Positions 1 through 7,955 of a stretch of 14,768 nucleotides of DNA are shown here, piece after piece. The DNA is from an uncultured archaeon. Lineage in GTDB: Archaea > Asgardarchaeota > Thorarchaeia > Thorarchaeales > Thorarchaeaceae. The stretch's first letter is position 1; each line of letters starts with the position of its first letter. The notes beneath the pieces were generated by a model. That model saw only the letters and a list, made by a program, of their open reading frames with translations, did no database searches and was not told where the DNA came from. Where the stretch lies: assembly GCA_964590575.1 (NCBI GenBank), contig CAZPWM010000078.1:1-14768 (forward strand), in the 5' to 3' direction. A program made the translations under genes and the position numbers.

Positions 1-638
1 TTGTCGACTCCACGGATGCATTACAGGCAGGTCAACTCACAGAAGAACAGGCAGTAGATGGCCTCAAGAGACTCTTGGAGAATGACGACTTTGTTGAGGG
101 TGCTAAGATTATAGAGGTCCGTGTCAATACAAACCCCGTGTGTAGAATATCAAACATTGACAGTCTGCTACAGCAGAGTCAATCCAGAGAGCCTCTTAGA
201 TGGACTCGTCGAATGAAGATCGGGTTTGTTGTGTCCCTTGTGACAACTCTTGGCGTCTATATCGCGATGATCGGTCTGCAATTGTGGGAACCCATTCGAT
301 CACTGTCTTGGCTTGTCATCGGCATTGCTTCCTGGATCTTGCTCTACTACCTCATTAAACAAAATTCCCCCACATTCTATAGAGTGATGTGGCCCTTGGG
401 ACACGCCTGCATCTTTGCAATGGGTTGGTTTATTCTGATAATACCCCTCGGGCCATTTTTTAGCTCTGTCTTCCCTCCCTCGCCCGACATCTCATACCGC
501 TTTTTCGCCGTATTCGTGTTTTGGATTGGTCTTGGGTCTTGTATGGTGATAGGTGGCATCCTGGGTGACCGCCTAGGAAAGAAACGGAACTACAGACCCT
601 ACATGTTGCAGACCGGTGAAGCAAAATGGAACGAATAA
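1..638 (+). CDS. Hypothetical membrane protein, 5'-partial; tandem paralog of 626..1399 (soluble head + ~4 TM)
   Basis: Frame is open from base 3 (VDSTDALQAGQLTEEQAVDGLKRLLENDDF...) and aligns ungapped with the next ORF (40/57 aa identical by hand count). The listed start at 75 is therefore internal. About four hydrophobic segments; tail GDRLGKKRNYRPYM. Confidence 0.88.
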   Translation, partial: VDSTDALQAGQLTEEQAVDGLKRLLENDDFVEGAKIIEVRVNTNPVCRISNIDSLLQQSQSREPLRWTRRMKIGFVVSLVTTLGVYIAMIGLQLWEPIRSLSWLVIGIASWILLYYLIKQNSPTFYRVMWPLGHACIFAMGWFILIIPLGPFFSSVFPPSPDISYRFFAVFVFWIGLGSCMVIGGILGDRLGKKRNYRPYMLQTGEAKWNE

Positions 639-1399
639 ATACACAGACCGTGTACGAGCTGGTCAAGGAGTGGACATTTCAGCCTTGGGATGGAACGCGA
701 TATAGTCACATCGTTGAAACACTATGGGATTCCATTGAGGCTTGTGGACTTATTGAAGGACCATTTGGTATGGCCATGACTCTGCTTGAGTCATATGTTG
801 TTGATTCCGCCGAGGAAGTAGACGCAGGATTGCTCAATATGAATCAGGCAGTAGAAGGTCTATTAACACTGTTGCAGAATGATGACTTTGCCAGGGGTGC
901 GAAAATCATAGAGGTCTCCGTCGAAACAAATCCAGTGTGCAGAATATCAAACATCGACAGTTTGTTGCAGAAAGATTGGCCAATCGGTCCTCAGAAACCT
1001 CAGTGGTGGAAACGAAGCGTTCGGAGTTACTGGCTTTCTGTGGGAGTCGTTTCCTTTGCCGTAATGGCCATCATCTACGTCATTCTGATTGGCTTTGGAA
1101 TACTGCCACCTGTACAGCTCTTCCTAGCCGTAGCAGTTGGCATTCCAATGTACGCAATGAGTTACTATATCCGTAAAGTGGCTACCAAGAGAATGTGGAG
1201 AACAGTGTTCATTATGCTTGGAGCTAGTGGTATAGGATTCTGGTGCTTGATAGTTCCTTCGACTTTCCTCTTCGCCCCAGTCATTCGATTGATTCCCTGG
1301 TGGATAGGAATGCCCCTTCTTACGATTCCATCTACAGTCATCGGAGCATTCATAGGCGACTGGATAGGCAAGCGTCGAGATTATCGACCTTACATGTGA
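626..1399 (+). CDS. Hypothetical membrane protein, 257 aa (~115-aa acidic soluble head + ~4 TM + GKRRDYRPYM tail)
   Basis: ATG preceded by GGTGA (615-619), 13-nt overlap with upstream paralog, clear paralogy. No known family recognised. Confidence 0.9.
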   Translation: MERINTQTVYELVKEWTFQPWDGTRYSHIVETLWDSIEACGLIEGPFGMAMTLLESYVVDSAEEVDAGLLNMNQAVEGLLTLLQNDDFARGAKIIEVSVETNPVCRISNIDSLLQKDWPIGPQKPQWWKRSVRSYWLSVGVVSFAVMAIIYVILIGFGILPPVQLFLAVAVGIPMYAMSYYIRKVATKRMWRTVFIMLGASGIGFWCLIVPSTFLFAPVIRLIPWWIGMPLLTIPSTVIGAFIGDWIGKRRDYRPYM

Positions 1400-1493
1400 T
1401 GTATGACCTGCAAAGGTGCTCCAACCCCGAATCCTTCCTTCAGTAAGAGCGATAATCTTCGGCACTAGGAACAATGTTTCGAGCGAAGGTATA

Positions 1494-1519
1494 ACCGCCA
1501 GATGATCCCCATCTGTGGT
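1494..1519. terminator. Possible hairpin between convergent genes
   Basis: ACCG-C-CAGATG-atccc-CATCTG-TGGT: 6-bp stem extended by 4 bp past a bulge. Function is inferred from position only. Confidence 0.25.
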
Positions 1520-1587
1520 ATTAGAATGACAGAAAGACTCAAACCAAAGTGTGTATGATGAAGTGGACGGTTTGGGAGATTCATAAT

Positions 1588-2379
1588 CTACTCACTAAAC
1601 CAAATATACACTTCATCCACATAATCAGGATCTTGGAGTTCAAAATCAATATCGTAATCCGAGTATAGATAGAAATCGAGATCCTCAGAAGTATCCTTGT
1701 AGTAGTATTTGACTTCCAATTTGGTTGTGGTTTCTGACTCTATGTGAACCCCCGCGGAGAACGCCACTCCTTTTAGGCTTATTTCAAAACCCAGTGATGT
1801 ATAGTAGAGATTTGTCCATTCATACTCTAATAAATCGTAACCACTACAACCATGGTCAACAAGTCTATGATAGCTGTAATCTCCTGCAATACCTGTTCTA
1901 TCATCTGCCCATACTTCAAAGTTTTCTAAGTTGTCAAATCGTTTAATTCCTTTTCCATCCAGAGCCTCAGAATCCACTAGAATCGCTTTGTAAAATACTC
2001 TTCTTGGCGTTATGTAGCAATACACATCCCAAGTAAGTCTATACTCATAACAAATGACACAGCTCATCTGCTCATCATCTGGTGTTCCCCAGCCTTCGGT
2101 GTGCGCTAAGCTTGCATCAAAACCTCCGGTGGCATAATTTCCTAACCCTCCTCCGCCAAATTCCAAATGAACCGATGTAGTTCTAGACTTAGTTAAAAAC
2201 GCATAGCTTTCATTGCCAGGAGGGTCATAAAGTGCGAAAACAGGAATCCATGAGTCCTTAGTTTCCCTTCCAAGGTACTCAATCCATATAGCATCTCCTT
2301 GTTGAGCTGGGGTAAGAACGACCAATGACATAACAGCAAAGAGAACGAGTAGTTGAAGCGATCTCGCTTTAAGCTTCAT
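1588..2379 (-). CDS. Secreted hypothetical protein, ~263 aa, acidic, Tyr-rich, beta-rich
   Basis: Start moved to ATG 2379, which follows a GGAGG SD. N-terminus MKLKARSLQLLVLFAVMSLVVLTPAQQGDA looks like a Sec signal peptide. No C-terminal anchor. Confidence 0.85.
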   Translation of the reverse strand: MKLKARSLQLLVLFAVMSLVVLTPAQQGDAIWIEYLGRETKDSWIPVFALYDPPGNESYAFLTKSRTTSVHLEFGGGGLGNYATGGFDASLAHTEGWGTPDDEQMSCVICYEYRLTWDVYCYITPRRVFYKAILVDSEALDGKGIKRFDNLENFEVWADDRTGIAGDYSYHRLVDHGCSGYDLLEYEWTNLYYTSLGFEISLKGVAFSAGVHIESETTTKLEVKYYYKDTSEDLDFYLYSDYDIDFELQDPDYVDEVYIWFSE

Positions 2380-2403
2380 GAAACCTTTCCTCCAACCCAA
2401 CAA

Positions 2404-2500
2404 TCAGTTGCTTAATTATGTATAAATCATGTGTCAATTTGAATATACATACATTTGAAAGATAAAACATTCAATTTAAAAGTGCCTTCACGGTAATTAA
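2404..2500. promoter_or_regulatory. AT-rich divergent promoter region
   Basis: Lies between divergent genes; contains TATA-like TGTATAAA and ATTTAAAA and two copies of ATTTGAA. Confidence 0.45.
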
Positions 2501-2530
2501 TGAGAAAGGTGTTTCAAGTGGGTATGCATC

Positions 2531-3337
2531 TTGACGAGTAAGATAACTAGAACACACGCAGGGTTAGTGGCAGGCTTCTGGATCATATTCACCATCGTAG
2601 CCACTCTGGTCGGTCTATTAGTCTTGGACCTGGTCGAAGAGAGTCCCTGGCCGCTGGAAGACTCCATAACAGTTGAGCACACGGATGGAACAGCGGTGAG
2701 GAGTAGCTCTGACCGTGTCGAGGTCAGCATTGATGAGAACCCGGAGACCAACGTGACAACCATACTGACATCCATTGAGTTCTCGTTCAATGTCTCATCA
2801 CGCTCGCGACGTTTCAGCTTTGGGATGAACTCCACTCATTTCACGCCGGGGAGCAACTACATAATCAATGATTACAGGGAAGTGGTCCTTTATTCAACTA
2901 CCGACTCCAAGAGCTGGGATTTGCATTATGAACCTCCTGGAACCTGGATGGCAATAACTATTGGGTTCGAAAAAGAGTATCTCTTTAATGAGAGTAACCA
3001 GGAAGAGTTCACGTTCCATCTTGAATGGAACTCAACTTTGAGTCTTCTTAACATACTCAATCGGACCTCTGACTTCACTATTCTCATGCATTTCGCAATG
3101 AATCTTGAGGAGATGCTTGAGCCCTATATCCCGCTAGCAAGATTGTCACAAGTGTTGGCTACAGTCGGAATAGGGGGGGTTCTAGGTGTGATTTCAGTGC
3201 TCATACTGATGGACGACTATGGTGAGTCTCATAATATGGGGAAGTCAAGAGGTGGCGACAAAACCATTGCGAAACATCTTTCGAATCACGTAGTCGGTGA
3301 AGGTCCCCATCTGAGGTCAAAGTCTACGCCTTCTTAG
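2531..3337 (+). CDS. Hypothetical membrane-anchored protein (N-terminal TM, S/T/N-rich extracellular domain, C-terminal TM)
   Basis: 268-aa ORF with TTG start. Hydrophobic segments AGLVAGFWIIFTIVATLVGLLVL and VLATVGIGGVLGVISVLILM; many N-x-S/T sequons between them. Confidence 0.8.
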   Translation: MTSKITRTHAGLVAGFWIIFTIVATLVGLLVLDLVEESPWPLEDSITVEHTDGTAVRSSSDRVEVSIDENPETNVTTILTSIEFSFNVSSRSRRFSFGMNSTHFTPGSNYIINDYREVVLYSTTDSKSWDLHYEPPGTWMAITIGFEKEYLFNESNQEEFTFHLEWNSTLSLLNILNRTSDFTILMHFAMNLEEMLEPYIPLARLSQVLATVGIGGVLGVISVLILMDDYGESHNMGKSRGGDKTIAKHLSNHVVGEGPHLRSKSTPS

Positions 3338-3870
3338 ACTAGTAGGAAGGGGATTCACTAGTTCCTTCTCCCGTTGGAACGGAGGAAAGGTGATATGATC
3401 CGTATTAAACTGAATCCAAAACTTTTTGGCTCGTGTTAGGTAATATGTCAGTGATTGCATACGACTGCTTGAGTCTATTCTCATTGTCTGATAAGACGGT
3501 TGCGATTCTCATAGTTGGTTGAATATTTCTACCACGTCTTCGTATGCTCTACCATAGCTGTAAGCGTGAATTGTGCTCTGTTTATCTATAGTGTTTCTAA
3601 TTTACATAAATTCATATTATCGGTCCTAAGGAAACATGGATATACTGTGTTGAACCTAATTGAAATACGAAGACCGTGGAAAGGAGAAGTAGTATCCAGC
3701 AAGATGCATGTTGGGGCTCACGAGTTTGATTATTGATTTCTGATAGTATTCGCATCCTAGTGAGCAGAAGAGTCGCGGTAGTTGTATTTTCCCTCTTCGA
3801 CAAGGAGGCTTTGTAGTAACTGAAATTGAGTCAATACCTTGGGAATAGAGTGAACACCAACTGTCAGGCG

Positions 3871-3903
3871 AAAAAGATATATGTAAAGTTTACTTTACGT
3901 ATA
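3871..3903 (+). promoter_or_regulatory. BRE/TATA-like element overlapped by a 12-2-12 palindromic operator
   Basis: AAAAAGATATAT at 3871-3882; TATATGTAAAGT-TT-ACTTTACGTATA at 3878-3903 with one mismatch between arms. Confidence 0.7.
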
Positions 3904-3962
3904 ATAGGCTTTACATCACACAGACCCACGAAGTCAGTGTGAAGCCTGAAGGATGTTGAAAC

Positions 3963-4094
3963 ATGAGGGTGAGGATGACGAGAGATAATCATATTGTTGC
4001 GCTATTATCTGGTGCCATTAGTGTTACCTTAGTCATTCCAATTGCTATCAAGTATAAGTCAAGTGTTGAGGAAGCGAAACAATATGACCAGTAG
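3963..4094 (+). CDS. Small single-TM protein (43 aa; 39 aa if ATG 3975 is used)
   Basis: Hand translation MRVRMTRDNHIVALLSGAISVTLVIPIAIKYKSSVEEAKQYDQ*. Contains a 19-aa hydrophobic stretch followed by KYK. Stop overlaps the ATPase ATG (4084) by 11 nt. Confidence 0.55.
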   Translation: MRVRMTRDNHIVALLSGAISVTLVIPIAIKYKSSVEEAKQYDQ

Positions 4095-4854
4095 AAAAAT
4101 CGAGATAAAAACCAAAGGACTTTCCAAGTCTTTTGGAAGTGTCGTGGCACTCGATAACCTCGATCTAGAATTATTCACAGCCAGCAGGTTCGGATACATT
4201 GGACCTAACGGAGCTGGGAAGACGACCACCGTTCGAATACTCTCAGGGCTACTCAGACCAACAAGTGGTGATGCGACCGTCTGTGGCTTTGACATTCGCA
4301 AAGAAACAAATAGAATCAAAGCCGTGACTGGTTTGTTGCCTGAAACTCCAGGACTTTACTCAAAGTTGTCAGCTGTGGAGTTCCTCGAGTTCATCGGTGC
4401 TCTGTATCATATAAGCGATGAAGTCTTGGACTCTCGAATCAATAGGCTCCTCTCGATATTGGGTCTAGAGGGGAGACAGGACGACCTATTGGAATCATAT
4501 TCTTCTGGTATGAAACAGAAAGTTCTCGTGGCATCCACGCTCATCCACGAACCTCGATTGGTATTTCTCGATGAACCAACCTCTCGTCTTGACCCAGCAG
4601 TCAGTGCTCTGGTCAAGGACCTTATCCTGGCTCTAGCCAAGGAAACTGAAACGACGTTCTTCATTTGCACGCACATGACCGATTTTGCTGAAGATGTATG
4701 TGACGTTGTTGGCATACTCAACATGGGTAAATTGGTGGCCTTAGGCGCTCCCGAACAGATTGTAACTGACACTGGTGCCAAGGATCTTGAGGATGCATAT
4801 CTCAAGATTATTGGTGGTAAAATTGATAGAGAGAAGCTCCTTGATTGGAGGTAA
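4084..4854 (+). CDS. ABC transporter ATP-binding protein (DrrA/CcmA-like exporter ATPase)
   Basis: Walker A GPNGAGKTT, signature YSSGMKQK, Walker B LVFLDEP, H-loop CTH. Start placed at ATG 4084. Confidence 0.95.
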   Translation: MTSRKIEIKTKGLSKSFGSVVALDNLDLELFTASRFGYIGPNGAGKTTTVRILSGLLRPTSGDATVCGFDIRKETNRIKAVTGLLPETPGLYSKLSAVEFLEFIGALYHISDEVLDSRINRLLSILGLEGRQDDLLESYSSGMKQKVLVASTLIHEPRLVFLDEPTSRLDPAVSALVKDLILALAKETETTFFICTHMTDFAEDVCDVVGILNMGKLVALGAPEQIVTDTGAKDLEDAYLKIIGGKIDREKLLDWR

Positions 4855-4859
4855 GAGGT

Positions 4860-6518
4860 TTGACCCGACACTGGATGGTCATAGCGAAGACTGATTTTCT
4901 CGTATGGAGTTCTAAGGCGAAGGGCAAGAGAGCTCCAATCTTTGCAGGCATTCTCCTGACTGGTGTTTTATGGGCGTTCTACGTAGTCCCAGAGATTTGG
5001 CGATTCGTCATCAGTGGCAACCTGCCAATCTACTCCCTGTTGATGGTGGCACTGCCAGAACTCATTCGAATAGCCATGCTACTCTTGTGGATGCTTGTCT
5101 TGATCTACCCCATTTTATACGCGCTTCAGGAGATCAAGATAGGCCAGTGGGAGATAATCCTTAGCTGTGACGTTTCGACGAGGTCTCTGCTTGTGGGGAC
5201 TTTCGTGGGAAAGATACCCAGTTACGGACTGATGGTGTTGTTTCTCGCGCCTGTATTGATTTCGCCATTCATACTCGCATATCAAGTGACTCTTCTTGGT
5301 CAGATACTAATGTATAGTTCAATCCTGCTGGTCTCATTGTCGACACTGTGGATGTCCAACTTCGTCGCACTCGCAGTCCAGGCAAAGCTAGGAGAGTCGC
5401 GACGTGCAAAGGATCTGGGAAAGGCGCTCTCAATGGTGATTGGATTAGCTGCTGGTCTGCCAATCTACGCGCTGGTATACTTTGCCGGGCCTCTGACAGG
5501 CATTCTAGGGATGAATGTATTTCTTCTATTCCCTTTCATATGGGGTGCAGACATGACATCATGGGCGGCAATCCTGTTCAGTCCAAATGTCACTCCAGAG
5601 ATGCTCCCCCTCTTCAAAGCTGTTCTTGGTTTTGACATCCTGACTGATGTGCTGTTGCTATCTTTATTCACATTACTTCTCGTGGGTGTTGCGTTCAGAG
5701 CAACAGACAGAGTATTCACCTTTAGACTGGGAGTGAGAACTGAAACAGTCACAACTATTGTCCGGGAGAATGTTGTGATTCGCGGGGTTAGAAGGCTCTT
5801 CCCAGGACATTTTGGTGTTCTGGTGGTCACGAGTCTGAAAGACTTCTTCCGGAAGGCAGAGAATCTATCAAGACTTGGGTTTATGCTCATGATGACAACG
5901 GTCATGCCTCTTGTGCTGAATTTCTCATCACCGGAACCCCCCACTGATGATCCAATCTTTCGAGTACTCATGCTGATGATTCCTGGAGCGATGATGCTCA
6001 TGGTGGTCGGAACAATGACATTTGGTGGTGTAGGCTTCATTGAGAGCAAGGACCACCTTTGGATAATAAAAAGTGCACCTCACGGTTCGATTGAATTTGT
6101 GGAGGCGAAACTTGTCAGTTTCTTCATCACAGCTACGCCCATGGCACTGATACCAACTATTGTGGTAGGGCTACTAACGGGTCTTGAAGTGCAGTTCATC
6201 ATTCTAATGTTCATCTATGATTATTGTCTGTTATGCTGCTCAATCATGGTATCGGTTGGTGTAGTATCATTCAATCCCACCTTTGAGAACACTAAATCCC
6301 GCTCTTACATCTTGAACAGTCTTGCAACAGGACTCATCATCTTGAGTACACTAATTACCTCACTGTTAATCGGAGTCTTTTACTTCGGACCAGCATTACT
6401 GGAAGGTTTAGGTCTTTTGGGAAGCATTGTGCTACTCACAATCGTACCTCTGGGGATAATTGGGCCTCTTCTAAGCAGAATGGGTGCTAGACGTCTGGGG
6501 CATCCTAGCAAATCATAA
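4860..6518 (+). CDS. Large ABC exporter permease (~12 or more TM, two-halved)
   Basis: Directly follows the ATPase. Two permease-like halves (IAKTDF...WEIILS...GK and TSLKDF...LWIIKSAP...AK). TTG 4860 follows GGAGGT (4847-4852); alternative start 4845. Confidence 0.88.
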   Translation: MTRHWMVIAKTDFLVWSSKAKGKRAPIFAGILLTGVLWAFYVVPEIWRFVISGNLPIYSLLMVALPELIRIAMLLLWMLVLIYPILYALQEIKIGQWEIILSCDVSTRSLLVGTFVGKIPSYGLMVLFLAPVLISPFILAYQVTLLGQILMYSSILLVSLSTLWMSNFVALAVQAKLGESRRAKDLGKALSMVIGLAAGLPIYALVYFAGPLTGILGMNVFLLFPFIWGADMTSWAAILFSPNVTPEMLPLFKAVLGFDILTDVLLLSLFTLLLVGVAFRATDRVFTFRLGVRTETVTTIVRENVVIRGVRRLFPGHFGVLVVTSLKDFFRKAENLSRLGFMLMMTTVMPLVLNFSSPEPPTDDPIFRVLMLMIPGAMMLMVVGTMTFGGVGFIESKDHLWIIKSAPHGSIEFVEAKLVSFFITATPMALIPTIVVGLLTGLEVQFIILMFIYDYCLLCCSIMVSVGVVSFNPTFENTKSRSYILNSLATGLIILSTLITSLLIGVFYFGPALLEGLGLLGSIVLLTIVPLGIIGPLLSRMGARRLGHPSKS

Positions 6519-6550
6519 CTGAGAAGAACGGAAAGTCAGATCAATCTAGT

Positions 6551-6570
6551 GGAAAGAAAAAACAAAAAAC
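6551..6570 (-). terminator. Oligo-T archaeal-type terminator for the minus-strand ABC operon
   Basis: Minus strand reads GTTTTTTGTTTTTTCTTTCC about 50 nt after the stop at 6622. Preceded by the inverted repeat CAAGAAC-N10-GTTCTTG (6590-6613). Confidence 0.55.
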
Positions 6571-6621
6571 GCCTCAGATTGCAGATGGGCAAGAACAAGC
6601 CAATGCGTTCTTGATCCCCCC

Positions 6622-7128
6622 CTAGTTAATAGTAGATTGTATAGCCTTGTGGAATGACTGGCTCTTCTCTAGAATTTTAATTGGAACCATAAGCGCGATT
6701 CCAAGAAACATGGTTACCAACCCATAAGCAAACAACCCAGAATCGGGCGAAACAGGATCTACTTCAATTTTGTATTCTGCTGTTTCGTTGTGAGTTGGCG
6801 TAACAAGAACACCATACCAACCGGGTGAAAACGTTTCTACTATAGTTTCATAATAAAGGGTGTTCTCTGCAACATAGATAGGGCTCACGTTCTCCAGCGA
6901 TGCATCTCTTATAGCTCTCAGTATATCTTGCCCTGTCAGAACAAAAACAGTGAGTTCAGTCCCCTGTTCAGACGACACCACTAAATGAAAGCTACCGCTT
7001 GTTCGGAACATACAACCCTCGTAGTCGTCTAGATCAACATACGAGCCTATTCCGAAATTGTAGTAACTTAGTAAGGATGATGCGATGACAGCAATACCAA
7101 GAATGACCAATGTTCTAGCTAGTTTCAT
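6622..7128 (-). CDS. Hypothetical two-TM protein with beta-rich extracellular domain (ABC operon accessory)
   Basis: GGAGG SD, ATG 11 nt after the permease stop, hydrophobic helices at both ends. Confidence 0.85.
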   Translation of the reverse strand: MKLARTLVILGIAVIASSLLSYYNFGIGSYVDLDDYEGCMFRTSGSFHLVVSSEQGTELTVFVLTGQDILRAIRDASLENVSPIYVAENTLYYETIVETFSPGWYGVLVTPTHNETAEYKIEVDPVSPDSGLFAYGLVTMFLGIALMVPIKILEKSQSFHKAIQSTIN

Positions 7129-7139
7129 ATTTCATCCTC

Positions 7140-7955
7140 CTAAACTTCTATTTGCTCAAAGTATACAATACAAATCATCAGTAAAGAGATTGCAATCGCG
7201 ATTGTTCCGATAACATACATCGCTAGTTCGCTGAAGACAACATCCGTCACCCAATGGAAGTTGAAGAAATCATTGATAGGCGGCATCGGATTGAGTAGAT
7301 TCTCCAAAGGTGTGAATTCTTTTGGTAACAATTGCATCACTCCGATTCCCAACCAGAATGGGACTCCTATGAGCACTCCCACTAGAGACTTCTTGACCAA
7401 GAGTGCAATCAAGGTGGATGACGTTATGACTAGGAGCATGAAAGCCCACAATGCTCCCAGTATCAAAAACACATGATCAAAACGAGGAATTCCCGGACTA
7501 ATAATGCACACAGCTACAAACATTGACATGGATGTCATTAAACCAAACAGTCCGAGCGTAGCAACTACTCTGGTCAATAGTAATCTACTTCTTCCGATTG
7601 GGTAGGATAGCTGAGTCTGGAATGAACCATCCTCGAATCCCCTTGCTATGCTGAACATGACAAGTGTTGGCAGCATAAAAGCCACTATGCTAGCCAGCCC
7701 CAAAGCAGAGGTGGAGTAGACTGAAACTGCAGCTCCGCCAATTAGCTCAATATAGTGTTCATAAGCCTCAACAGCATTCCATGTAGGGTCGGATGAAATC
7801 CATATTCCTGGTCTAATATTGAATGTAGTGTTTTTCACTAGTGTGATGCACAAAAAGAGGACGAATGCCGCAATTGCCTCCAGAAGATTGTATCCAAAGG
7901 TGACCTCAATCTCAAAAGCTAAACCAGCCCAAATGTTACTGACCTTGTTCTTCAA
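7140..7955 (-). CDS. ABC-2 type exporter permease
   Basis: About 6 TM; motif SIARGFEDGSFQTQLSYPIGRSRLLLTR matches the ABC-2 E.GT...LS.P..R pattern. GGAGGT SD; overlaps the ATPase stop. Confidence 0.9.
   Translation of the reverse strand: MKNKVSNIWAGLAFEIEVTFGYNLLEAIAAFVLFLCITLVKNTTFNIRPGIWISSDPTWNAVEAYEHYIELIGGAAVSVYSTSALGLASIVAFMLPTLVMFSIARGFEDGSFQTQLSYPIGRSRLLLTRVVATLGLFGLMTSMSMFVAVCIISPGIPRFDHVFLILGALWAFMLLVITSSTLIALLVKKSLVGVLIGVPFWLGIGVMQLLPKEFTPLENLLNPMPPINDFFNFHWVTDVVFSELAMYVIGTIAIAISLLMICIVYFEQIEV

Noticed and set aside
75-970. Paralog similarity as a DGR template/variable repeat or CRISPR repeat
   Set aside because: Differences are codon-level and not adenine-specific, there is no reverse transcriptase, and no repeat-spacer periodicity.
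1366-1399. YRPYM tail as a eukaryote-like Yxx-phi sorting signal
   Set aside because: Poor fit to the consensus and too short to support; only its conservation is reported.
1124-1587. Minus-strand ORF 1124..1474 and a 39-codon ORF after the secreted gene
   Set aside because: The first is mostly antisense to paralog 2; the second lacks supporting motifs or a clear SD.
3515-3803. ORFs 3515..3736 (+) and 3612..3803 (-)
   Set aside because: TTG starts without SD, mutually overlapping, no recognisable motifs.
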